Shown here: piece after piece, positions 41,823 to 52,100 of the stretch
How the letters are laid out: every line of letters starts with the position of its first letter
Numbering within the stretch: position 1 is the stretch's first letter
Assembly (NCBI GenBank): GCA_963701075.1
Contig: OY969559.1
Span: 1,408,001-1,472,000 of the forward strand
DNA length: 64,000 nt
Direction: 5' to 3'
Origin: an uncultured Nitrososphaerota archaeon
GTDB lineage: Archaea > Thermoproteota > Nitrososphaeria > Nitrososphaerales > Nitrosopumilaceae
Made by a program: the position numbers and the translations under genes
The notes under the pieces: model-generated
The model's input: the letters and a program-made list of their open reading frames with translations, nothing else
Database searches by the model: none
Told to the model about the DNA's origin: nothing

Positions 41823-42542
41823 TTAGAGTTTTTTGATTTCCATATCGGCAAAAAGAGAATCTTCTTCATCCAAATCATCTTCCAACTCATCCTTATCTGC
41901 GTTGACATCCATATGTTCTCCCATTAACTCTAAAACCCTTCCCCATGGCCCTAGCATTTTGTAGAAAGTATTCACTGAAAAATTAGATAGATTTGGTAGG
42001 TTTAGTATTCCGTTCGAGCCAGCCATGTATATTTGGCCATCAGTATCAAGTATGACACAGTTTTTGTACGTGTCTACAAGACTTGAGATTTTTGTGTCTT
42101 TTGTCTCATATAGATATGGAGACAATGAAGTCATAGTACTGAGAATTCCTTTATCAGATACTGTAACAGTGGCTTTTCTGCCTTGAATTGTGTAGAAACT
42201 CTCTACTAGAGACGTTGTATTGAGTTGCTCTATTGGGATAGGCCAAGCATACACATCTCGACCTTCAGGAATTACACTATTGTTTTGAGAATAATTGGAT
42301 ACAAATGAGAAGTGGGATTCGCTTGGAAAGAGGTCAAAATCTATGGGTTCATAGAATGTTTTGTCATAGTTATTCTTCATGTGAACTTTGCCGCTCTTAT
42401 GAAAGCTTATCTTATAGCCAGAATCTCCTAGAAACCAGTATACATCACCTTCGGGGGAAAAGTCTAGCTTGAAGTAGTTCGCATTACCTTGTTCATCAAC
42501 CATGTTAAATTTGAAAGTCCTGATATCAGGATACTTTATCAT
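41823..42542 (-). CDS. hypothetical protein with acidic C-terminus
   Basis: 239-aa ORF, no recognised motif. Confidence 0.65.
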   Translation of the reverse strand: MIKYPDIRTFKFNMVDEQGNANYFKLDFSPEGDVYWFLGDSGYKISFHKSGKVHMKNNYDKTFYEPIDFDLFPSESHFSFVSNYSQNNSVIPEGRDVYAWPIPIEQLNTTSLVESFYTIQGRKATVTVSDKGILSTMTSLSPYLYETKDTKISSLVDTYKNCVILDTDGQIYMAGSNGILNLPNLSNFSVNTFYKMLGPWGRVLELMGEHMDVNADKDELEDDLDEEDSLFADMEIKKL

Positions 42543-42566
42543 GATAAGTAATGGTTGAAGATCTTG

Positions 42567-42902
42567 TTATCTTTTACCTAATTTCTTGTTATCATCCACG
42601 GATAATTCTTCTAACACGTCTTCCTGTTCAAATCTTACCATTTGTTGTCCTATTCCGACTTCAGCGTCGCTCTTGAACCTGAACATGCGTCTTAGTCCGT
42701 CTGGTCTTACGAGAGATATTTCCGACCCTTTTGTAGCTGCGTTATAGATCTTCCAGACTTGTTGGCTAGGCAAATCATTGTTTACCATACCAAGATCTTC
42801 GTCTTCTATCCAGAAGCCCCGCACTTCACACTCTAAGAATGATATGTAAGCAGTTCGAATAGATAGAATTTCTTCAGACATTGCGATAATCACTTTGGAC
42901 AT
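42567..42902 (-). CDS. hypothetical protein
   Basis: 111-aa ORF. Confidence 0.55.
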   Translation of the reverse strand: MSKVIIAMSEEILSIRTAYISFLECEVRGFWIEDEDLGMVNNDLPSQQVWKIYNAATKGSEISLVRPDGLRRMFRFKSDAEVGIGQQMVRFEQEDVLEELSVDDNKKLGKR

Positions 42903-43005
42903 TTCGATTTAATAGATCAAGGTAATATCATAATACCCAAAAATCTCTATTTTGGAAGAAAAATCTAAGATCATGTTGATATAAGATTAAGACAGATTCG
43001 ACCTA

Positions 43006-43653
43006 ATGTCTTTTGATCTGTTAGAAAAAATACAACAATTGATAGATTCTGGAACTGGAGATGTTGGAAGACTGCAATATATCCTTGAGACATTACAAAA
43101 TGGAAGAAAACTATACAATTCTGACCAAAGTTACCTCAATAAGCTTCTGAATAACCACGATGGACATATTACTATCCAGCCTGAAGAAGATAAGAGTCCA
43201 GTAAGATCTAATGACGATTCAGCTGAGTATATTCCTCCAAAACAAAGTAAACCAAAAAAACCCGGTCCATTATATGGTGTAAGTTATCATCCACATACTG
43301 GCGATAGTGTCAAAATTCATCATGGCTCCTGCCGACATGTAAGACTTGCATCTCAAAGAGGACAAACAAGATGGAATTTTGTACATGGATATCAAGAGGC
43401 AAAATCTGAAGCCGAATCTATTGCAAGCAGTCAAGGAGCATATTGGAAAAATGCTCAATGTTGTCTGAATGGAATGATTAGTAGGACTACAGGTAGTGCA
43501 TTGTTTCTTGCTCTTTTTCCATTTCTTGGACTTTTAGGAGGTCTGATAGTAAGAGAATATCATCCTACGTTTGGAAAAGGTTTGATGTATTTTGGTTTGG
43601 CATACGGTATTTTTGCAGTAGTGTTGTATTTTGCCAGTCAGGTTGCTAGATAG
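43006..43653 (+). CDS. hypothetical membrane protein
   Basis: N-terminal GDVGRLQYI..L..GRKLYNSD module, H/C-rich middle region, two C-terminal TM helices. Confidence 0.7.
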   Translation: MSFDLLEKIQQLIDSGTGDVGRLQYILETLQNGRKLYNSDQSYLNKLLNNHDGHITIQPEEDKSPVRSNDDSAEYIPPKQSKPKKPGPLYGVSYHPHTGDSVKIHHGSCRHVRLASQRGQTRWNFVHGYQEAKSEAESIASSQGAYWKNAQCCLNGMISRTTGSALFLALFPFLGLLGGLIVREYHPTFGKGLMYFGLAYGIFAVVLYFASQVAR

Positions 43654-43655
43654 TC

Positions 43656-44540
43656 ATGGACAGCAACAAGATAAGGAAAAATCCAATCCATTTGATTAAT
43701 TCAGATGAAAACATTCTAAAAGTATTGGAGCAAAGCAACGAATATTTCAAATCAAATAACGAGATGTCTTCAAGAATTGAAGAAAATCTTTGGATCTTCC
43801 GTTCGCTAAAAGATTTGGAACCAGCTACCCCTGAAGATCTTTTGCTAGGCTACAGATTTCCTTTAATAGAAACAAACTCGGAGTTTGAAAGTTCTATCGC
43901 CCTATGTAAATTTGGATTTTACAAACATGCTTTCATCGCATTGAGAAGCGTTTTAGAGCTTGGGATTCTTTCTGCATATTGGAATGCAGATGAAGGTAAT
44001 CATCTCGATATACGAAAATGGCTTGTATCGCTTGAAGATACTCCGTCTAGAAAGACTGTTTTTACAAAGCTCAAAAAGAATCAAAACTTCTTGAAATTTG
44101 ACAATAAACACAGGTGCTTCTCTGAGGGAGATGATCTTTTCAGACAGTTATCTAATTTTGTACACACAAAAGGACATCGTCATTCTAGTGTAGATTTAGG
44201 AAACGCCAATTTCAATCGTTTTAAGGAAGAATCATTATTGAAATGGTTGGACTTGATGACCAGAGTTACTAAATTTGTTGTTATCTTGCACATTCTTAAA
44301 TATCCTGTAGCGTTACAACATACTCCAATTGAACAAAAGTTCGGTATCAATGGACCAGCTGGAGGATTCTTCGAACCTTATCAAACCGAAAGAATAAAAC
44401 AATTTTTAGGCAAAGACGTGATAATTACTTTACAAGAAATAAGCAATAATGACCCCACAGCAATAAGCAGAGCAAAATGGGTAAATGAGCAACCCGATAT
44501 AACTTATGAAGAACTCCAGATACAGATGGGAGAAATTTGA
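43656..44540 (+). CDS. hypothetical protein, HEPN/DUF5677-like helical domain
   Basis: A.IALRSVLE and FRQLSNFVH motifs. Confidence 0.6.
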   Translation: MDSNKIRKNPIHLINSDENILKVLEQSNEYFKSNNEMSSRIEENLWIFRSLKDLEPATPEDLLLGYRFPLIETNSEFESSIALCKFGFYKHAFIALRSVLELGILSAYWNADEGNHLDIRKWLVSLEDTPSRKTVFTKLKKNQNFLKFDNKHRCFSEGDDLFRQLSNFVHTKGHRHSSVDLGNANFNRFKEESLLKWLDLMTRVTKFVVILHILKYPVALQHTPIEQKFGINGPAGGFFEPYQTERIKQFLGKDVIITLQEISNNDPTAISRAKWVNEQPDITYEELQIQMGEI

Positions 44541-44675
44541 AAAAATGAATGTTAGATTTTACTAGTAAGAATTAAGCATTAAATAATTAGGAACCAAGTT
44601 GATCAAAGGTTAAGTACCGGATCACATTCCAGCACATATTGAATCGTAATACAAGCACCTTTCTGGATGCTTTCC

Positions 44676-44921
44676 TTAATGGTTAAGATTCTTTTTTTCG
44701 ACGTATTTCTCAATGATGCTATCAATATCTTCCAATTTTGCTTGTTTTACTTCATCAACAATTTCTTTTTCTTCTATTTCATAACAATTTAGAAGGTCGT
44801 TTTTGTCCTTGAAAAAAAGCATCACCTTCTCTTGATATATACAGTAGTACGGTTTATCAACATCCATTTTTTCTGGCTGTAGTTTGATTCCCTCTTCGTT
44901 TATTGAAACAGGATAGTCCAT
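44676..44921 (-). CDS. hypothetical protein
   Basis: 81-aa ORF. Confidence 0.7.
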   Translation of the reverse strand: MDYPVSINEEGIKLQPEKMDVDKPYYCIYQEKVMLFFKDKNDLLNCYEIEEKEIVDEVKQAKLEDIDSIIEKYVEKKNLNH

Positions 44922-45094
44922 TGATATTCATTAATAAGATCGGTATTTAGATGTAATTTGAAAAATTGGGTAAAGGATACCTGTGCTTTACTAATTATAC
45001 GAAAACATAATGAAAAAACGAATTAATTCATTTAATGAATGACATAAAACCGCTTGGCAATAATGTAATAAGTAAAATCATACTAGAAAAACTT

Positions 45095-46189
45095 GTGAGT
45101 CACAGAGTCATCTGCCATATTGATTTTGACTATTTTTATGCGCAATGCGAAGAGTTGAGAAATCCAGAGTTGAAGACAAAGCCGGTTGCCGTGTGCGTAT
45201 TCTCAGACAGAGGAGGAGACAGTGGGGCCATAGCAACTGCCAATTACATAGCAAGAAGATACGGAGTAAAATCAGGAATGCCCATAAAATTTGCAAAAAG
45301 AAAGCTCGAAGATGTACCCGAAGCGACATTTCTCCCCACGGATTTTGACTATTATTCAGAGGTTTCAGAGAATGTAATGAATTTGATTAGAAAGTATTCA
45401 GATGTTTTTGAATACATAGGAAGAGACGAGGCATATCTTGACGTTACAAAAAGAACCGAAGGTAGTTTTACAAAGGCAGCACATCTGGCTCAACAATTAA
45501 AAAATTCCATTCGCAGCAATACTAAACTTTCATCAACGGTGGGAGTTTCAACAAACAAGCTTGTATCAAAGATAGCTTCTGATTTTAAAAAACCTGATGG
45601 CCTCACCGTGGTGGAGCCAGATAAGATCGAGTCTTTTCTTGATCCACTGCCAATTAAGGTCATACCGGGCATCGGAAAAAAGTCTGAAGAGAAATTTCAC
45701 GAGATGGGCCTTCAGACAATATCAGATCTGAAGAGATTAGATGTGTTCTCACTTAACAGCCTATTTGGACGAAAGATTGGAACTTACATTTACAATGCGG
45801 CAAGAGGAATTGACGATGAACCGGTATCGCCAAGGGCAGAGCCAATACAATACAGTAGGATAATCACATTAAAGCAAGACACAAAAGATTTTGAATTCTT
45901 GTCAAAAGACTTGGAACAACTTTGTGCTGATGTACATGAAGCCATTGTAAGAGACAATCTTGTTTTCAAGTCTGTCGGAATACAGTTTGTCCAAGAAGAC
46001 CTTTCAAATAGAACAAAGTCCAGAATGTTGAGAAATCCAACATCCAGTCTTGAAGAATTGAAAAAAACCGCACTTCAACTACTCAAAGAATCCCTAGAGG
46101 ATCAAAAGTTGCTTATCAGAAGACTAGGTGTAAAAGTTTCTGATTTTTCAGAAGTGGCAGGACAAGTAGACATTACAAGATTTTTTTAA
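45095..46189 (+). CDS. dinB: Y-family DNA polymerase IV (Dpo4/DinB)
   Basis: HIDFDYFYAQCE, ANYIARRYGVKSGMP, RDEAYLD, KPDG, C-terminal PIP-like QVDITRFF; start 45035 or 45095. Confidence 0.95.
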   Translation: MSHRVICHIDFDYFYAQCEELRNPELKTKPVAVCVFSDRGGDSGAIATANYIARRYGVKSGMPIKFAKRKLEDVPEATFLPTDFDYYSEVSENVMNLIRKYSDVFEYIGRDEAYLDVTKRTEGSFTKAAHLAQQLKNSIRSNTKLSSTVGVSTNKLVSKIASDFKKPDGLTVVEPDKIESFLDPLPIKVIPGIGKKSEEKFHEMGLQTISDLKRLDVFSLNSLFGRKIGTYIYNAARGIDDEPVSPRAEPIQYSRIITLKQDTKDFEFLSKDLEQLCADVHEAIVRDNLVFKSVGIQFVQEDLSNRTKSRMLRNPTSSLEELKKTALQLLKESLEDQKLLIRRLGVKVSDFSEVAGQVDITRFF

Positions 46190-46674
46190 GACTTCTCAAG
46201 CCCTACATGTGTTGCAAGTCTCTTATGTTCATCAGGCGTAATCCATTCCACGTGCAAGTAATTTATTATTTCATGGTGTTGCATGCCTAGTCTTTTTGCC
46301 TCTTCAACAGCTATAATGTAGGCTTCGATTTCAGTCGGTCTATCCACATAGGAGTATGATTTATCATACAGGTCTAGGCCTTGCCTTTGTTGTTTTACAT
46401 GTACAAGTTCGTGCACTATGTCAAGGTAGAGAATTATTTTATCAGAGTTTTTCAGATGGTTTAGCCCAATCACGATTATAGCATCTTCGTTTTTTACATA
46501 CATGTAATGATTGCTTGTGTCCACGATTACCTTTGTCTTTGAAAAGACATCATCTAGTTCGGCATCTGAACCAAAGATCTTTTGTAGAATTTCAACTTCT
46601 TTTAACCCATCAAAAATATCTTCGATCTCATAAGTTCCCGGATTTACTTCTCTATTGATTTTTATCGTATTCAT
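46186..46674 (-). CDS. hypothetical zinc-metallopeptidase-like protein
   Basis: HELVH (HExxH) plus EIEAY third ligand. Confidence 0.7.
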   Translation of the reverse strand: MNTIKINREVNPGTYEIEDIFDGLKEVEILQKIFGSDAELDDVFSKTKVIVDTSNHYMYVKNEDAIIVIGLNHLKNSDKIILYLDIVHELVHVKQQRQGLDLYDKSYSYVDRPTEIEAYIIAVEEAKRLGMQHHEIINYLHVEWITPDEHKRLATHVGLEKS

Positions 46675-47605
46675 GTTTTGCAACTTTTATTTCATTTTTT
46701 TTCAATCGCTGTGTTTCTACATACGTGACAATAAGTAGAAAGACAAAGAGCCACGGAAGAAACATTATTTCTCCTGCAATACCATGAAACGATTGAAATT
46801 CATTTACGTTGGTAGATACTTTGAGTACAAATAGTGAAAGAGATAATATTCGAATTACGTTTACTCCAATGGTTCCAACTACTCCAAGTACAAAGTAAAC
46901 AGCCTTTCTGTTTCGTGGTATATTCATCTTAAGCAAAAATGCCATCATGACAAGAGAGTAGATTATCATGCTATGAACACCAGCCGATGGCCAGAATACC
47001 TGAAGCGCAAATGGACCATGGTCACCGCTTAGAAACATAATATTTCCGTGTGCGCTGGCAATCCCCAGATTAAAAGTTGTTATTAGAAAGACATCCAACT
47101 TTACAAGATATGGCACAACATACTGCAATGGGCCAAGTGAGTCATACGGAAAGAATGCGTCAAGCGATAGAATTATTGCAGTACCGGCAGTATAGATTGG
47201 TCCTGCGGGAGATATTCTTATCCACCTCTTGCCAAAAAGTACAGTCAGTATAGATACAAAGAAGATTGCAAATACAATAAAGTCCCACATCCAATCCCAT
47301 GAATCTAATAACAAAACATGAAACAGGGGCGCAATTGTAACAAGATAATTTTTGAGACCGAATTCAGTAGCTATCAAATATGCAATAGCTGCTCCTGCCA
47401 ATGGAACTGCTGCGATGAGCCTTTTCTTTGGAATCTCAAGTTTTATGCCTATCAATTCTGCTGCAATAAATGCCAATGCAAAGAGAAGCCCTCCTCGACC
47501 CTGGTTCCAGCCAAGACTGAACGTATCTGGAAAGACAGCCAACGCGAAGATTATTGGCGATGCTATGATCGCTATAGCAATAATCATACTTCTGTTTTGC
47601 AACAA
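46652..47605 (-). CDS. artG: thaumarchaeosortase
   Basis: Multi-TM protein; VFWPSAGVHS (Ser at the usual Cys position), N.IR and FH triad residues; a PEFG-CTERM substrate is present in the window. Confidence 0.88.
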   Translation of the reverse strand: MLQNRSMIIAIAIIASPIIFALAVFPDTFSLGWNQGRGGLLFALAFIAAELIGIKLEIPKKRLIAAVPLAGAAIAYLIATEFGLKNYLVTIAPLFHVLLLDSWDWMWDFIVFAIFFVSILTVLFGKRWIRISPAGPIYTAGTAIILSLDAFFPYDSLGPLQYVVPYLVKLDVFLITTFNLGIASAHGNIMFLSGDHGPFALQVFWPSAGVHSMIIYSLVMMAFLLKMNIPRNRKAVYFVLGVVGTIGVNVIRILSLSLFVLKVSTNVNEFQSFHGIAGEIMFLPWLFVFLLIVTYVETQRLKKNEIKVAKHEYDKNQ

Positions 47606-47642
47606 TTAAGATGCAAAACGCGTTCAATAAAAACTCTAGCAG

Positions 47643-48803
47643 TTAGAAATAATCTTTTATTGATTTTTGATTTCTTGCTTTATGTAATTTGCTTCTTACC
47701 AGCCATTCTTTCTTGTCTACACTCATACCTTGGCATGCAAGATCTAAGCCTTGCTCAAAATTGTGCGCTATAACCGGTTTTTGTTTCAGCGCCATCCGGA
47801 CTCCTTCTCTCACTTGCCAGACTCCCACCGGAACTGCATACTCAGGCCTAATCTCACGAAGTACCAAAACCCCCGCCTGGACATTAGTTTTCAAGAGATA
47901 TTCAGCAACGGCAAGCCGTGATGCAAAATGAGCTCCTGCGGTCTCAGGATAGTGTGAAAGACCTCGCATATCTTCAAAATCGGATCCAAATCCTATGTTT
48001 CCATCCTGATCGTACCATGCCTCTTGCATCTCAAACATCCACCTACTTGGAAACATGATTACAGCATACAAATTACCAAGATGCTCATAGGTGAAAAGGC
48101 GATAGCTGTCAATCTCAGAAAAACTTGTTATTTCTTCAACCATAGATTTAGAAATGATATCATCAGTTGCAGTTATGCTCCACCTTGTAGGTACAAGTTT
48201 TCTATTTTTTCCAAACATTCCAATACTGAAACATTTTTGAATTTTGCTTACCTCTATACCACGATTGTAGAGTTCAAAGACTGCATCCTGCGCCAAAATG
48301 TCTTTATCGTAAAATAATCGTTGAATGTTCTTGTCTGAAGACGAATTTGAGAACTTGGCATTCTTTATTTCACCAACTGGACCAAAAGGCGCATTCTCTC
48401 CATCTACAAATAAAGATGGACTTGTATTTTTTACAAATTCTACTTCAGAATCCGTAGACCGAGATGACATTGCAAGATCTTGTAAACTTTCAATGTATCT
48501 GCCCTGAGGCTCTTTTATAGGAACTGCTCGGATTCCTCGCACCAGTGATAGCCTATAGTTCACAATGTCCTCCAAGCTTTTTCCCAGCCAAGATTCAGGC
48601 AAGTCCATAACGAGTGTATCGCCATGGATTGGAGGCACCATTGGTCCTACCAAGACTTTTGGGTATCCATAAGAGCCAACAAAAACTGAAGGCGGGCTAG
48701 AACCTTCCACATAATTTGAAGAAAACAGATTAGCATATTTTGACAGATATTCGTTCCAGTTAGATTCTATGGCTTTTCTTATGTCTGAAGCAGTTCTGGG
48801 CAA
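47643..48803 (-). CDS. Nre-family DNA repair protein
   Basis: GSSPPSVFVGSYGYPKV, RKLVPTRWSITATD, PVGVWQVRE, C-terminal PIP box QKSIKDYF. Confidence 0.9.
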   Translation of the reverse strand: MPRTASDIRKAIESNWNEYLSKYANLFSSNYVEGSSPPSVFVGSYGYPKVLVGPMVPPIHGDTLVMDLPESWLGKSLEDIVNYRLSLVRGIRAVPIKEPQGRYIESLQDLAMSSRSTDSEVEFVKNTSPSLFVDGENAPFGPVGEIKNAKFSNSSSDKNIQRLFYDKDILAQDAVFELYNRGIEVSKIQKCFSIGMFGKNRKLVPTRWSITATDDIISKSMVEEITSFSEIDSYRLFTYEHLGNLYAVIMFPSRWMFEMQEAWYDQDGNIGFGSDFEDMRGLSHYPETAGAHFASRLAVAEYLLKTNVQAGVLVLREIRPEYAVPVGVWQVREGVRMALKQKPVIAHNFEQGLDLACQGMSVDKKEWLVRSKLHKARNQKSIKDYF

Positions 48804-48850
48804 CTATTTCTCAGAGTTCTTTGTGACTAATATATCTGATATAATCACTT

Positions 48851-49279
48851 TTGAATTATATTCAACTGTTTTCCAAGCAGTATCAAAAATTGGCAGATGC
48901 AGAATCTTTTGGAATTGAAAAAGGCTATGGAAGGCAAGCCGTAAACTGGATGAATGAGGAGGCAAAGAGATCAGATTTGAAATTTGAAGCTAGGTTGTAC
49001 GACTATGAGATAACTACCAAAAATTTTGGCAATTTTGAGATGTTTTCATGGATTGGAGAGTCAAAGACTGCACGTGACTTGACTATCAAAGCAAGCAGGC
49101 GGTTCAAGATCAAGGTCATAGAAGGCGGATACACGCCAATACGATTGATTATCAAAGTATCATCACGCAATGAATATGGAATTGTACGAAAGGGAGATCG
49201 TGTGATAGGACAGATCGAGTTTACTTCTTCACGATTAACAAACAGCAAATGGGTTGTGAGCAAGGAGGAGCGAAAGTAA
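48851..49279 (+). CDS. hypothetical protein
   Basis: 142-aa ORF; start uncertain. Confidence 0.7.
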   Translation: MNYIQLFSKQYQKLADAESFGIEKGYGRQAVNWMNEEAKRSDLKFEARLYDYEITTKNFGNFEMFSWIGESKTARDLTIKASRRFKIKVIEGGYTPIRLIIKVSSRNEYGIVRKGDRVIGQIEFTSSRLTNSKWVVSKEERK

Positions 49280-49281
49280 TG

Positions 49282-49858
49282 TCAAGATGTCAAATCCAGT
49301 TCGGCTTTGGCAAGAATTTGTGCTACTCTTAATGGTTCAGGTACTGCTCCCTGTAACGTAAATGTGTCAAGTAGTTTTTTTGCTTCTTTTATATCACATC
49401 CTTCCACCCTGAGGTAAATGTCATGCTTTGTGTGTAATGATATCTTGGTCCTTGTACCAAGATTTTGATATTGTTTCATTTTTGACTCGTAGGAATCAGG
49501 AAAATGGTGCCTAATTGCTTCTTCCATTCCATCAGACTCTTCATATGTAACACCAATAATTGGTATCTTGGTTTTTTTCCACAGTTTTATCATGTCGACT
49601 ATGTTATACATTGAGATAATCAGACCTGAGACCAGAATGAAGCTGAATATCATTACGATCTAATTTCTCATACATTGATATCATGGCATCAGTAGCATCG
49701 TCCCCTTCAATTGTGGCTTTACCAAAAACAAATCCGTCAATTACAAAGTCTCTACGCATCACGACTCCTGCCAATTTTGATTTTAAATCAGTCTCTCGAA
49801 AGCTCTCTGCGATAGCAAGTCCGCGCAAGCCTTTTTTCTCAAGCCTGAGGTGATTCAT
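49282..49858 (-). CDS. DUF99-family (endonuclease V-like) protein; +1 frameshift at ~49646
   Basis: LAIAESF, GVVMR, GDDATD in one ORF; SGLIISMYNIVD, PEPLRVA in the other. Confidence 0.82.
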
Positions 49859-49910
49859 TTCTGTCCCTTTTTACAAATTTCTTATAAACCAGCCCTGTTA
49901 CGACAATAAA

Positions 49911-50170
49911 GATAGTCTGTGATAGACGACCATGAGATAAAGGCAACCATATCAAACTGAGCCATGTATGCTGACTGTATCATTGACAGATATTTTAGTT
50001 CATGGCGTAGATTCCTAGCTTAGATTAGGCGCTGGTTTTAACATGTGCTGCCAAGTTACTGCGACAGACCTTGACTTGATCACATCAACTCAACCAATTA
50101 CAAGTTCTTGAAAGCTGCCAGATGTCATCTAAGCGAGACAAACCCAGTTCAAGCTCTGCCAGTGGCCTAT
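49911..50170 (+). ncRNA. candidate ~260-nt structured non-coding RNA, family unknown; strand tentative
   Basis: No convincing ORF on either strand; several hairpins and long-range complementarities; TATA-like CTTATAAA at 49881-49888. Confidence 0.45.
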
Positions 50171-50226
50171 TGATAAATAGGAAAAAATAGGAAAAAATGG
50201 CCCCTCAAGTGAACAGTATACGACAA

Positions 50227-51147
50227 TTATACAATAATCGGCCCGCTTCCCACTATACGTATTGTTTGTGATTCGGGTTTTAAAATCACGCAGATGTCGT
50301 TTTTTACAAATGACGCGGGTTTATTGAGGGAGAGTTTCATGGGTTTGAGAGATATTATTTTGGCAGCTCTTGTCTGCAGACCAATATTGACAAGAAATGT
50401 CTGGTTTTCTGTCAGATTATCCTTGAAGAATTTATTTTGCAAATAATCTAATGCGATATCTTGCGATACATGGATTTCGTCACCAACACACAATTGGTCC
50501 CCCCTTTGAACATCATCAGATACAATTCCCTTTACTGCAAGTCCTACTCGTGCCGGGGATACAGCCTCTTCGACTGGATCATCATGCATCTGGATTGATT
50601 TTATCACAACCTCGTCTCCTTTTGGCAATAGCTTGAGTTTGTCGTATGCCTTGATTTTACCTTGTGCAACTTTGCCAAGTATAACGGTACCTACACCTTT
50701 TACATCAAAACAGTGATCAATTGGAATTCGTGCATTTCCTTCTTGAGATACCGGCTCCAAAGAGTCCATTTCCTTTCTGAGATCTGATAGTTCCACCAGT
50801 TTGTATTGTTCCACAACAGTTCCTTTTATCATCAAAAGGAGTTTTTCTCGGTCTACCTCATAAGAGTGAGTCAGTAATCCTTTGTTCTTTTTTAGTACAT
50901 CAAGTGCAACAATCTGCTCACCTGTGAATTTATCGAGTTTAGATACGTGAAAAATGACATACTCTCCCATGTGTATGGCCTGAAGAAGTGGAGGAATCTT
51001 TTCAGGAAAACCCGTAGGTATGGTCCATGTTTTTACAAAATCTGCATCTTTTTTATCATATATAGTAATATCAGTAGCAGTCCCTTTTTTGCCAAAATCC
51101 TTGGCTATTGATTCATCGCCAAGTAATGTGTAATTGATTGATTTCAT
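50227..51147 (-). CDS. archaeal SelB-like/EF-Tu-like translation factor (aSelBL type, degenerate G domain)
   Basis: GKKGTATDI, IDHCFDVKGVGTVILG, IKSIQMHD, RVGLAVKG. Confidence 0.85.
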   Translation of the reverse strand: MKSINYTLLGDESIAKDFGKKGTATDITIYDKKDADFVKTWTIPTGFPEKIPPLLQAIHMGEYVIFHVSKLDKFTGEQIVALDVLKKNKGLLTHSYEVDREKLLLMIKGTVVEQYKLVELSDLRKEMDSLEPVSQEGNARIPIDHCFDVKGVGTVILGKVAQGKIKAYDKLKLLPKGDEVVIKSIQMHDDPVEEAVSPARVGLAVKGIVSDDVQRGDQLCVGDEIHVSQDIALDYLQNKFFKDNLTENQTFLVNIGLQTRAAKIISLKPMKLSLNKPASFVKNDICVILKPESQTIRIVGSGPIIV

Positions 51148-51266
51148 TTTACTTGTGAGAATTCACAACTAGTAAAATATCTTGTGGATAGATATCAAAA
51201 ATAGTTATGACATCTAACGTGACATGACAATACTAAAACAGATGAAACAATTGATTCTCAGTTATA

Positions 51267-51581
51267 CTATACCACGCCTGTTTTATGTACAGTAACAAGA
51301 CCGTTATCTCCAATAATTTCTTTAATTGCTGGCAATATGCTTTCGATTTTTTCTAGATCATCAATTACCTCTATGATTAGTGGCATGTTAACTGATATCC
51401 CCTCTATCTGAAAATTGGATTTTCCTCGTTTACCATATCCAGATACTCCAGTCCACACAGTAGCTCCAGAAATATCACCTTTCTTTAGAATGTCCAATAT
51501 CAGGTTATGAACACGTTTTCCCTTGAATGTATCATTACGCTTTATCCTTATCACAAGTGACCACATGTCTAGAGCTCTCAT
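51267..51581 (-). CDS. DUF190 (PII-like) protein
   Basis: GATVWTGVSGYG, NMPLIIEVID; ATGA overlap with crcB, the usual pairing. Confidence 0.9.
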   Translation of the reverse strand: MRALDMWSLVIRIKRNDTFKGKRVHNLILDILKKGDISGATVWTGVSGYGKRGKSNFQIEGISVNMPLIIEVIDDLEKIESILPAIKEIIGDNGLVTVHKTGVV

Positions 51582-51967
51582 CTAAATCCCCCACCCAAAA
51601 TCACACTTGTTAAAGCCCTGCCGCCAAATATGGCTCCAAGTGACAATCCCACGTTAGTCATGACATTAATTGCAACTATCAGGTATTGTTTGTTATCAAT
51701 TAGATTTGAAGTTTCAAGCGCAAATGAGGACATGGTGGTCAGTCCTCCACAAAACCCGATTGCTACAAGCAACGCGTATTTTTCATCGAGGTTCCATTGC
51801 TGTGAAAAGACTGCAAATGCCCCAAGAATAAAACTTCCAATTACATTTACAAGCATTACGTTTAGAGGCAATGCACCAAGTAGTAGTGGCGATTTTGTAA
51901 TACCGTACCTTAGGAATGTCCCAGCCGTTCCCCCTGCTGCAAGAAATATCAGTTCTATCATTTTCAT
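51578..51967 (-). CDS. crcB: fluoride efflux channel Fluc/CrcB
   Basis: GGTAGTFLRY, VNVIGSFILG, GFCGGLTTMSSF. Confidence 0.95.
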   Translation of the reverse strand: MKMIELIFLAAGGTAGTFLRYGITKSPLLLGALPLNVMLVNVIGSFILGAFAVFSQQWNLDEKYALLVAIGFCGGLTTMSSFALETSNLIDNKQYLIVAINVMTNVGLSLGAIFGGRALTSVILGGGFR

Positions 51968-52100
51968 ACCTGACTAGCGCAATAGTTGCTTAAATTATCT
52001 ACATTTTTGTGGCTTCCAATACTGTAGAGAAAAATTTTCCCCCTAGACTTTATCGTATAACCAGATTTCAAAAACATCAAGAAGAGAATTAATTTACGAA

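Noticed and set aside
49911-50170. RNase P RNA, SRP RNA or intron-containing tRNA
   Set aside because: It lacks the conserved P4 (GAGGAAAGUCC) and SRP helix-8 motifs, and no cloverleaf can be assembled; kept only as an unknown ncRNA candidate.
50176-50198. Tandem repeat AATAGGAAAA x2
   Set aside because: On the minus strand it reads as U-tracts after the SelB-like gene, an ordinary archaeal terminator-like sequence.
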